DNA from: Callorhinchus milii
Taxonomy: Eukaryota
DNA: 64,000 bases
Reading direction: 5' to 3'
Assembly: GCF_018977255.1 (NCBI RefSeq)
Contig: NW_024704743.1
Coordinates: 19,346,001 to 19,410,000 of the forward strand
Both the position numbers and the translations under genes were made by a program. Below are positions 53,632-64,000 of the stretch, in pieces (within the stretch, counting starts at the first letter, position 1; each line of letters begins with the position of its first letter). The notes beneath the pieces are model-generated. The model ran no database searches, was not told the DNA's origin, and saw only the letters and a list, made by a program, of their open reading frames with translations.

Positions 53632-53796
53632 CACAGTTTGTGAACATTCCAGGAAGCTGTAGCTTTGATGGGCCTGACACAGGATTCTGCATTTCTGACT
53701 GTGGCTTGGTGCAAAACACTGACGATGACTTTAACTGGACAATTGGGTATGAAACCATCTCCACGGAAACCGGTCCCATCACCGACCACACGCCTG
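53632..53796 (+). CDS. MALRD1: MALRD1 internal exon (window exon 5): start of next MAM domain
   Basis: Acceptor ttttccttcttcAG (53630-53631), donor G|GTAAAT at 53797; phase 1-1, 165 nt. SQFVNIPGSCSFDGPDTGFCISDCGLVQNTDDDFNWTIGYETISTETGPITDHTP contains the CxF, DDDFNW and GPxxDHT MAM motifs. Confidence 0.92.
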
Positions 53797-53924
53797 GTAA
53801 ATACTTATAGTTTAAAAATCCATAAAATTGTATCTAGGAGATCCAAAGGAAAAATTGACTATTTTCAATGAATAATAATCTGGATGGAAGGAGGTAAATT
53901 CTCCTGCAGTTTGTCCTTCAATGG

Positions 53925-54335
53925 TGTCAGCCTGACACAGTTGACAGCACTCTGGTTTCTAAGTCAGAAGGTTGTGGGTTCAAGCCTGATGCTGGGACTT
54001 TGAACTCACAGTCTTGACCTACACTCCAATACAGTGCTGGGACAGTGCTGCATCACTGGAGGTGCTGTCCTTCAGATGAGCCATTAAACCAAGGTCCTGT
54101 TGCTTGTTCAGGTGGATAGTAAAGATCCCCTGGCACTATTGGAAAGAGGAGGGTGTTTCTTCCAGGCAAACACTCCTCCAGATACAATTATTCATTCACT
54201 TCATGGCTATTTGTGGGACATTGCTATGTGCAAAATTGGCTGTTGTGTTTGGTTTACACTTTACAGTAAATCCTGTGAAGCGCTTTAGAGACATCCTGTG
54301 GATGTGAATGTTGTCATATCAAATGCAAGGTTGAT
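53925..54335 (+). mobile_element. Deu-domain tRNA-derived SINE
   Basis: Head 'gtgtcagcctgacacagttgacagcactc...gggttcaagcc', Deu core, tail. Confidence 0.75.
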
Positions 54336-54924
54336 TTATTTTATTCTTCATTCTTTCTATTAAACAGAAGCCCTTAGGATAGTTATCACATTACACTCAC
54401 AATTGTTGACCCTTCCTTCCAGCAAATTACAAGATGGTTATAGTTGCATATAAAGTTCTTGTTGTTGTTCATACACAAACATTTGTTTAAGCACTCTGGG
54501 ATGCTACCCTGCATAAGGGGCACTATATAAATGCAAGTTGTTGTTGTTATAGTGACTTCTCTGAAATACAGTCAAAAAGATTACCTCAATAGTATGGAAT
54601 GCTGGATGAGCAAACCAACCCTGAATGTACTTTGCCTCATGGTTATAATCTCTGCATCTGGCAATAAAAAGCTGCTCACAATCTCCCAGAGCAGCTAATG
54701 GTATACCTTTTCCTTCAATTTATTTTATCTGTAGATGATCTTCGTACCTCTCTTTGAATCCTCTTTAGGTTACCCTTGGAGCATTGACTATAATAATTTT
54801 TATGGAGAGCCTAGGTGAGGGACCAAGGCCCACAGTGTAAGCAATCACTAAGGTTGAATGGAGTAATAGACTGGCTGAGATCAATCAGGAAACAGTGAAA
54901 AACCTGCACTCTGTAGATTTTTTT

Positions 54925-55260
54925 TCATCCGACAGGTATCTGCCACATGCAGAAACCCATCACCGTGCTTCAGAGTATCCAACCCAGACCGAAAATTCCA
55001 TGCATGCCAACTACACATGGAGATTTCCATGTTTGGAATGCAATACACACTCTCTCCCCAGAAGGACTTATCCAGTTACCCAATTCTGGAGAGTATTAGA
55101 CACAAGTTTGCAAGAGTCAAGTTTGGGGAATGTGTGCGTTGGGGTACTGCTGCAGTACCAGCTTGCCATTCCAAGAACTGCCTGCCAACCTTTTGCACTG
55201 TTTGTCCAGCTAGCCCTAGCCTACCCATCAGGGCTTTAGCTTATAGGGTTGACATGGTTT
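54925..55260 (-). mobile_element. CCHC-LINE family 3' end
   Basis: 'cacatgcagaaacccatcaccgtgcttcagagtatccaacccagac' terminus, shared with 10125-10296, 17320-17600, 31695 and 35615. Confidence 0.6.
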
Positions 55261-56919
55261 GAATGGGAAGATCCTTGCATGGGTAGTTTTACATCGGGCT
55301 TTAGTTTTTTTTTGTTAAACAATGCTTTCCTAATGTCACTACACACCATTCTTGTTGAACCTCAAACTGTTTAATGCACTAGAGATGCTAGAGAAATGGC
55401 TTGTTTAAAGAATTGCTGTGAACAAGACTTCAGAGAACAATTCCCAGACAATAACTTGTTGAGGAAATCCTAGTCTGCCTGATGAGCCACAAGGTATTAA
55501 GGTTCTCAGGAAATTTTTCAAATTATCAAATTATAGTTACCAGGTGCAAACACTCAGCTGGTAACAGTGTTAAAACTGTCTTAACATTGCCTTGGACTCC
55601 CCCCGACTTGAAAGGTCTCTATAAGAATGTAATTTTGTATTGTATTAACAGAAAAGGAAGTCAGACTTTCAACAACAACGACGACAACTTGCCTTTATAT
55701 AGCACCCTTCACTCCTTAGAGCATTTTGCAGGGATGGAGTTGGATGCTGATTCCAGGGGGTGGGGAAGAGGTGGACGGAGGCATTGCCATAGCTGCATTC
55801 ATTGTGGTAGGTGTAAGATTTGAGGAAGGACTTAAAGACAGAGTGAGAGGGGCTGAGATTAGTGGGATAGGAACTGCAATGGTGGTGCAGACAAAGTCCA
55901 AGTTAACTGGGGGAATGAGCAGAAGATTAGAGTAGGAGAAGATTGGAGAGATATGGAGGTGCCAGGGAAAGATTTGTACGTGTTTCAAAACATGTCATTG
56001 TCTGGGAAATATTCTCTCAAGTTTCGCTCGTACCTTGCTGTGAATGAGACAAATGTGTTTACATTGTTTTGCTATAATCAAACCATTTTGAGTCTGAAAT
56101 GCTGCATCCAGCTCACAAATTGAACAGGTCAAGGTTTAAAAAAACATTGACAGTGCAAAACCTGTCTGGGAAATATGCTTAATTGGGAAGGGAAAACAGA
56201 CCCAGAGGCAGACACATGTCAAGCTGAGGGCAGGAATGGGAGAGAGAGAGAGAGAGAGAGAGAGAAAACATTACTTGGCAAAGAAAGTCTGTATTTTAAA
56301 GAGATCCTCGTCTGAAACCATCATTAGGCAAGCTTTCAGTCATTCTGCTCCAGCTCTCTGGAACTGTATCACAAGCTCCTCCATCTTCACCCTTCTCTTC
56401 CCAGTTTTAAAACCCACCTTAAGACCTATTCTTTTGACAGTGCTTTTGGTCACCTTTCCCCACTTCCCCTCAGCTTTGCCCCAGTTCAGTCTCCAAGTCA
56501 GCTGTGTGAAGCACTTTGAGGTGTTCCTCCCAACATGAAAGGCACTATATAATTGTAAATTGTTGTTATTTCAAACCACTGAAGAACTTGGTAAAATCTC
56601 TGTATAAAGTTTCTTTTATTTTCATGTAATCCTTTAGATTCTACATAGTAATACATTCTATAATGTATTTTATCTAAGTAATTTATCAATTAACTTTTAT
56701 AAATTGTTACCACTTGAGAGTTTGTTGATACTTTGCCTCATAAGGAAGAAATGACAATAATTGTTCTCATTTTTCTATTGTCCAATCCTGGTACTTTTAA
56801 ATTTATACAATCGGGAACTGAGAGCACTTCATATGTGCTGGAGACCGATGACCTTGGATTCAGCTGAAAATGATAGCTTAAAAAAAGGTGATTAGAGAAT
56901 GCATTTGGTTAGAAAAAGA

Positions 56920-57345
56920 AGATTCTTTACATTTGATATAAGGGCCTGTCACGTTGGGAGAATGTCTCAAAGCAGTTCACAGGATTTACTGTAGTGTTTA
57001 GTATGTAATAACTATATTTTGTAAGCAAATGTGGCAATCAATTTTCACATAGCAATGACCCACATTGAGCCTTGAAGTGAACACACAATTTTATTCAGGG
57101 AATTATCTGTCAGGAGACTGGGAAAATAGTACTGTGCGTCCTTTGATATCATCTAAACAGGCAGATAGGACCTCGGTTAAACAATTCATTCAAAGACAAC
57201 ACCTCCAACAATTCAACACTCCCCTCAGTACTGGACTGCAATGCCAGCCTAGACTTTGTGAATTCAAAGTCCCCGACATGGGGCTTGAACCACGACCTTC
57301 TGTCTCAGAGGCAAGAGTGCTACCAACTGAGTCAGGCTGACACTG
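56920..57345 (-). mobile_element. Deu-domain tRNA-derived SINE
   Basis: Ends with 'gtgctaccaactgagtcaggctgacac' (head on minus strand). Confidence 0.75.
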
Positions 57346-60019
57346 TCTGGTTAATGGAGCCAGAGAAATCTGGTTGATTTACCCTGTATCAGATCTCATC
57401 TCTGACCTCTGTATTTACTTGTCTGCTCCGAAATATTTTATGAACATTTTCACAGTGCATTACCAATCTTGTATAAGGTTTGCCTCAATGCACTCAGTGA
57501 GGCAGAGCAACTTGTAAACATTCTGATATTTAAATTTGAATTGATTCTTTTCTTTGCTGTAGTGAATGAAAGTGACGACATTTCACTTGATGTTTGACAA
57601 TACACAGCTTTTAAAACTGTCCGGAGATGACATTCAACCCATGACTACAATTCAGCCTGTCACTTTCATATATATTTCCACATATTAAACTATACTTATT
57701 CATCATATAAAACATCTTCAAGTAACTTAACACCGTCCCATATGTAACCCAAATTGTGTTATATCCAGTACTACTGGAAATTGTTTTCACAGTTCACCCT
57801 ATTGTCAACCCCAAAAGTCTTTCACCACAGTTGACACTGTAAGCATACCATGACAAGTGCAATCCATCATTGAAAAACTATATTCAATAAGCACTTCAAT
57901 ATAATCTTCTAATGCTTCAAGAAAAGTTTCTCTTTGTTGTGGAATGTGAGTGTGTGAAGAGCGCATCACAACCTAACTGTACAACAAGGTGCAGTAGCTG
58001 TTTATCAAAGTTCAATGGTTTGTAGCAGGTCATGTTGAACATTTTCACTCTCCTTACTGACCATAGATACATTTAATAAACTCCTGATAACTCGACCCTG
58101 GCTTACCGTGTCACTATCACTTAAGTCATTATCCTGTCAATATCCCGGCTGCATTTATTTATATATTTATATATATGCCTAATTCGCCACTCCAGATAGT
58201 TTGTCACTAAGTCTTTTTCCCTTGGAGTGACAAGTCATCAGGAGTTTACTATATATTTCCACCACAGGGTGCTTAGTTTGTAATGTATCTGTACTCTCCA
58301 TCTTCGGATGAAAAATGTGATCTCCCTTTGCATTTTTCCAACGTGTCAGTTTTCGTATGGTCATTATCTTTCTGAGCTTTCCTCTTGTTCCTCCCACACT
58401 GTGGCTCTGTTACTTTCAGACATGCTCAGGAAAGGGATGAGTGTTCAGTTCTGTACAGGGGACAACCGAGGTTGAAAAGGGTAGGAGAGAAGGTTTAATA
58501 AATCTAGCAGTGGTTTGTATGTAAACTTAGGTTTTAATAACATGTGATAGATAGAGATAGATAGATTTCTTATTGATAAAGGGATTAAAGGATATGGGGA
58601 TGAGGCAGGGTCAGGTTATTAGCTGTAGTTAGATTAGAAGATCAGCCATGATTGAATGGCGGGGCAGGCTCGACGGGCCGAATGGCCTACTCCTGCTCCT
58701 ACATGTTATGTTATGTGGATTGAAGGAAGAATTACAGAGTGAGGGAGACAAAGAGATCCCATAGTTCTGATGTCTGAGAAGGAGTAGGATCAGTTATTTC
58801 AATAGTGTTTGAGTGGAAGAACTATATGATTTCAAGATCACAAGATTAGTTTTGATGTAGAAGGTCCACCCCAGAATGCACACCCTTCCTACCATTACAG
58901 TATCAAGCGAGTCCAGTGTTCTGGCTTCAACCACCCTTCCTAGCCACCTATTCCAGTCATTAATTACCAGCTGGGTAAAGAAATATTTCCTGGTCTCTGA
59001 CAACCATAAACGTACTCCTGTTCTATTGTCGTGGTGTCTTTTTTTCAATCCCTTTTAAAATGTTATGTGCTGTTTCCCTATGATGGAGCATATTCAGTAC
59101 ATTAAAAACAATAAACCTAAATAAGCTATGAGTGTCTGACCAACTGACTTTAAGGTTGGTTCTGCAGGCAACGAAAAGCCCAGGTTCACAACTCCTACTG
59201 GAGACCATGTCAATCACCGACCCGAAAAAGTGAGTGATACTGACAACTCAATAGACAGGGAAACTCATCTACAACATTCAAATAGTTAAAATGAGCGGTT
59301 TCTTATCTCCAGGGATTTTTTGGAGGGAGGGGAGTATTGAGGTCAGTGAATATTGAAGAAACTGAGAGATGGTTAATCTTGCACAAAGCAAATCAAGCAA
59401 GTTATTTGACTTAGACCTTGAGAGCAGAACTAGCAGACATCATTTAAAATTAAAAAAAAGTCAAGTTGAACTAGATATTGAAAGACATTTGTTCCCCACA
59501 GGGTAACAGAGATGTGGAACAGGCTTCCAATGAAATAATTTGATGGTGCATTGATTAATAAAACAGAACTGCACAAGGATTTGCTTAGGAATAGTATTAG
59601 ATGATGTAGGGCTAGGTGCAGACTGAAATTACCAATTATCACATGGGGCACATTGGGATCCTTGTGATATTCACAAAGGAATTTGTAAATAGTGAATCCT
59701 GCAGGTGGCCAGTTATGCCTCAAGCCAATACTTTGAACTACATTAGGACAATGCTCTCTTGTCAGACTGCAGGACCCTCCTTTGGCCACAAGCCCGGAGA
59801 AAGGAGTTTTTCCTGATGTGTTGGATAACAATCCACAAGCTAAAATTGGTCATTCACCTCATAGATGTTTGGGGGACCTGTTGCTGTGTGCATCTTGGCT
59901 GCTGTGTTTGTCTACAAAATATACAGTCACTATGCTTTACTACAAATCCTGCGCAGCTCTTTGAGATGTCTCAGTGACCTGATAAAGCACTATATTAAAT
60001 GCAAGGATGTTCGATTCTA

Positions 60020-60686
60020 CTATAGGAGCTGTACCCGTTGTAGCTACGCTTGCAACCAGTTTTATTTAATCGGCCTTCTCTCTTTCGTCTAACATTCCTA
60101 GGCATCATTATCCCTTAAGATTAAGAAAATGTGCCATTGTACTCGTTAGCATTTCTTGTTCACATATTTGCACACATATCCCTTTGGGAGGACTCCTGTG
60201 GGAGGACTCCTTTTGGGAGGACTCCAGAACTCAGGTTTGGAGAACTCCTTGTTGGAGTCCATACATGTGTGATGAGCTTGTTTAGGTCACGATAGGAGAT
60301 CCCTGAAAAAAATATGCCCATGACACTCCCCAATGCAAGACCTTTCGATGAGATATAAATCATGTCTTTACGTCATTCGGTTATTGCGTTATTGGTGAAC
60401 AGACATACAGACAGACATTTTGCGTTTATTAGTAGAGATGTATCTCTCTTGAAGGGTGTGTGATTTCCTCTGTCACTACTTTGTTGTAGAATACCATGCA
60501 TACTTTTTGGGGACTTAATTGAAGATCTTTTTAATATAGCTCATCAACGATAGGAGATTCACCCCAAAATATATACCTATGACACTCCCTCATGCAAAAC
60601 CTTTCCGAAGAGGTATAAATCATGTCTCTACATCAATTGGTTATAGCGTTCTTGGCAGGCAGACATTTTGTCTTTATTAGTATAGA
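60020..60686 (-). mobile_element. Probable non-autonomous Helitron with tandemly duplicated 5' end
   Basis: Minus strand A|TCTATACTAATAAA (60686) and A|TCTCTACTAATAAA (60438), each followed by TGTC-type repeats; 3' hairpin GTTGCAAGC-GTA-GCTACAAC followed by GGGTACAGCT near 60056-60028. Confidence 0.55.
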
Positions 60687-60744
60687 TTTTATCATCCAGT
60701 TTGATAGAAATCAAAACTGAAATTGGAGTCTGAGCACAATTTAG

Positions 60745-60990
60745 GTGGCAGCCAATTGCACACAGCAGTGTCCCACTCGTGGATTGAGTGACCACATTTT
60801 TTAAAAAATTGGAAGGGATTATTACCTGCTGAAAGCAATCCAGCAATTGACTAACAACCGGATTCCTAGTTAACTGCTCGGTAAACAGTGGCGTGTGGGA
60901 TTAAGGAAACTTGCCTCAGATTTTGTCCCACCGGGGAATCGAACTTGGGTCCTCTCGCTTGCAAGGCATGAACACTAACCATGGGGCTAT
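60745..60990 (-). mobile_element. tRNA(Ala)-derived SINE, tail-less
   Basis: Body and head match family; 'gaatcgaac...cgcttgcaaggc...ctaacc...gcta'. Confidence 0.7.
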
Positions 60991-61329
60991 GTTGTGTTAT
61001 GCTATGTTATGTTATGGAGCCCTATGGGGCTCCACAATCTCATAATTAAGATCTCAATGCCTGTATGATGCGGGGTGAAAGCAAGGGGAGAGGGGAATAC
61101 TGTGTAGTCTCTGAAGGGTAAGAGGCTATGATTCCATCCTGGATATATGGCGTGATGAATATTCTGAAGTGCTTCATTAACTTTATGAATTAGAAATACA
61201 CAGTGACTGCACTTGACAGCAATTCCCCATGAAGCGCTTTGAGCCGTTTCGACATTATAGATAACATTATTATCTGTGTAAAACATTTTGCTCGGAGATA
61301 AAAGGCATGAGATGCCACTTAATCTCAGG

Positions 61330-61500
61330 CAGTTAAGACCGCCGTGCCTTAAAGTTTACAATCCAATTGTGGAAAAGTTTTATTTTCAGTATTAACTCGG
61401 AAGCCAGTTTTCTGACGTTGTTAAAAAGGACCAGCTTCCGAGTTAAGCCTGAGTGTAGGAATTTGCTGCAATTCTGTATGATTTTAAATTGTAGGACAAA
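61330..61500. mobile_element. Palindromic MITE relative
   Basis: Perfect 13-bp arms TTAACTCGGAAGC (61392-61404) / GCTTCCGAGTTAA (61434-61446); flanks resemble 22238 and 39883 copies. Confidence 0.5.
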
Positions 61501-62479
61501 CACAGCTACAAACACACTTTAGTATAATTCTTGTGATCATGCTGGCGTCCCTCTGATTAGCTCCCTCCCTCACCGCCTTCAAAGTCCATCTCAGAATGCA
61601 CCTCTTTGACCGTGTTTTTGGACATCTTTCCCCTCCCCGCCCTCTCCTTCCACCACTAGTTTGCATGCCTAGTAAGCACTGTTGATCATTTGATACGTCC
61701 TCCCAACGTAAAAGGTGCTGTAGAAATATAATTGTATTGTGTTGTAGATACACTTATGTTTCAGATTTCTGGGCAGAACTTTTTTTAATAACGCACAGCA
61801 CTGTTTTCCGGTTGAGGTCACTTCTATAGATTTATTGAGCAGGAAAGCACATAATCCGCTGACTTGAATTTTATTTTACATTTTGTGAATAACATGGAGC
61901 AATTATATGACAATTTTAAACAGTTCAGATTTATGTTGTGGAACTCAGATGGCTGCACAAAGCAGTCTTTATTACATCCTGAATAACTGGGCACAAGCAG
62001 AACATATCAGTAATTAAGTTTATCACATACTTTGATTTAAACAAGCTAACTAAGTAATGTAAGCAGCATAAACAAGACAAATAACTTCAGCTATCTTAAC
62101 AATTATAAACAACTTGCATACAAACTGCCTCTATTTTAGTGAACAGAATAATCCATCAATAATGTAATTTGAATAGAGCTGATAAAACCGATGGCCCCAT
62201 GATTAGAAGATACAAGGTGCCCTGGTTATAAAGTGACTTATTACTGTTTATAGCTCAAGGTGGTCTGTGGATTTATGCTGTATCGGGAGAATGTTACACC
62301 TGGTATTCAGCAGTGACTGGCCAGTTTCCCGCGCTAAACAGTGGCCATTTTCCAGGACATCAGCGGTAACCGGAAGACGGGCAGTTTGTAGCGTACCTCG
62401 TTTTGCAAAGATTACAATGTACAGCAAGGAAATAGGCCACCATGCTGGTGTTTATACATGAGGCTTCACCCATAAGAAG

Positions 62480-63960
62480 ATCCCCACTTAAACGTCTCTT
62501 CTTAATGAAGAAAGGCCTAATCTATCCAGTCTATCCTGATAGCAGCAACCAGCCCTGGTACCATCCTTGTAAACCTGGCTATTCTCTTTCCATCATTGTT
62601 ATATCCTTCCTATATCAAGGTTTTGGATGGAATTCAACATCACTTCCTCACTTTTATATTCGATCCCTCTGGATACAAAGCCTAAGACCCCATTGGCCTT
62701 TTTATAAACTTAATTATCTGTGTAGCTACTTTTAGAGATTTGTGGTTCTGAATCTCCAGATCTCTTTGCTCCTCTACTCCTCTTAGGTTCCTACTACCTA
62801 GATTCTAAACTATAAACGGCTTCTTTATTTTTCCTGCTGAAAAGAATTACTTCACATTTTCCTACATTAAACTTCATTTGACATCTGTCTGCCCAATCTG
62901 CTAGCTAATATATGTCTTCCTACATTCTTCTGCAATCTGCTTCACTGTTTACCATGTCCCCCATTTTGGTATCATCTGCAATTTTTGACACCACACGTCC
63001 TATACCTGAATCCGAATAATTTATGTATATGGTGAACAGTAGTGGTCCTAACACAGATCCCTGCAGAACACCACTTTCTATTTCTTTCCAACTTGAGAAG
63101 ATCCCCTTGACTTCTCCACTTTGCTTTCAGTTTCCTAACCATCTTTTAATCCTTTTAATCCTCCATACTGCTACCTCTCCCATGATTCCTCATGGCCCTA
63201 ATTTAATCATGAGCCTCTCATGTGGCACTTTATGAAAGGCCTTCTGGGAATCCAGATACATTAAATCCACTGCATTTTCTTCATCTACTTTATCATTTAC
63301 ATCCTCAAAGAATTCAATAAGGTTGGTCTATCATGAGCTTCCTTTCGTAAATCCATGCTGGCTGTATCATAATTGTATTCTCCTTCTCCAGATGACTAGT
63401 TACTTCATTTTTTATTACAGATTCTAATGCCTTGCTCAGAACCGACAATGAGATGGTCATGAGCATCTTAACATTGCTTTTTGATTGTGATTACAGTGAC
63501 CTCCTACCTGCCTCTCCTCCTGGCTTGTTGTCTGACTCCATTATTGTGAAGTGCTCCGGGATGCTACCCCGCGTGAAGGGTGCTATATAAATAAAAGTTG
63601 TTGTTGTAAGATGACAGGCCTTTAGTTTCTTAGATTAGCTCTATCATCTTTTTTAAAACTGAGCATTACATTGGCCATTCTCTAGTCCTCTGGCACGATT
63701 CCTTTCTCTACAGAGTTCTTAAATATATACACGAGAGTCTCAGTTATCTTCTCCCAAGTTTCCTTAAGAATCATTGGGTGCAGTCCAAGTGGGCCATGTG
63801 CTTTGTCTTCTTCAAACTTGTCTAATTTATTTAATACATCCATTCGCCCTATCTTAATCGTTGTGATTTTATACCTTTTTATACCTGCTCCTTTTGGTCT
63901 TACTAAATTGTCATTAACAGTTTTAAGAATATATTATAACAGGGTCAATCCGTATTTTTT
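62480..63960 (-). mobile_element. Degenerate CR1 LINE ORF2 (reverse transcriptase) fragment, interrupted by an L2-tailed insert at ~63447-63607
   Basis: Minus strand [53 protein letters not shown] and MKFNVGKCEV are CR1 RT motifs, with stops and frameshifts. Confidence 0.85.
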
Positions 63961-64000
63961 GGATGGGATGCAACTTGCCAAGGCAGATGTTAATGGATAC

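Noticed and set aside
60181..60260. Short repeat array as CRISPR-like (also 53431-53528)
   Set aside because: Tandem units without unique spacers, no cas genes, eukaryotic intron.
62254..62370. Possible sixth MALRD1 exon (acceptor tttatAG; phase-1 reading AQGGLWIYAVSGECYTWYSAVTGQFPA...)
   Set aside because: It hits a stop before any MAM 'CxLxFWYxM' motif and resembles the expected continuation only superficially; the next exon is probably beyond the window.
63023..63235. + strand ORF MYMVNSSGPNTDPCRTP...
   Set aside because: It is the antisense reading of CR1 reverse transcriptase motifs.

Overview
Eukaryotic (vertebrate) genomic DNA. The repeat landscape of Deu-domain SINEs, tRNA-SINEs, L2 and CR1 LINEs suggests a cartilaginous fish such as elephant shark/chimaera; this is inference. 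The whole window lies inside one + strand gene encoding alternating LDL-receptor class A and MAM domains, which I recognise as MALRD1. Five internal coding exons join in frame across GT-AG introns: 673-918, 12430-12587, 40166-40346, 50530-50658 and 53632-53796. The rest (>98%) is intron, densely filled with SINEs, L2/CR1 fragments, 3' ends of a CCHC-bearing non-LTR element, palindromic MITEs and a probable non-autonomous Helitron. I found no prokaryote-type system (CRISPR, operon etc.), and most ORFs in the track are antisense or spurious repeat translations. The most interesting non-genic structures are: a Helitron-like element with a duplicated 5' end; a ~0.6-0.7 kb rearranged inverted duplication within the 27.6 kb intron; inverted young TE pairs flanking exons; a young SINE subfamily whose tail matches the young L2; and a MITE family with co-varying arms. 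Repeat coordinates were read by eye and are approximate.
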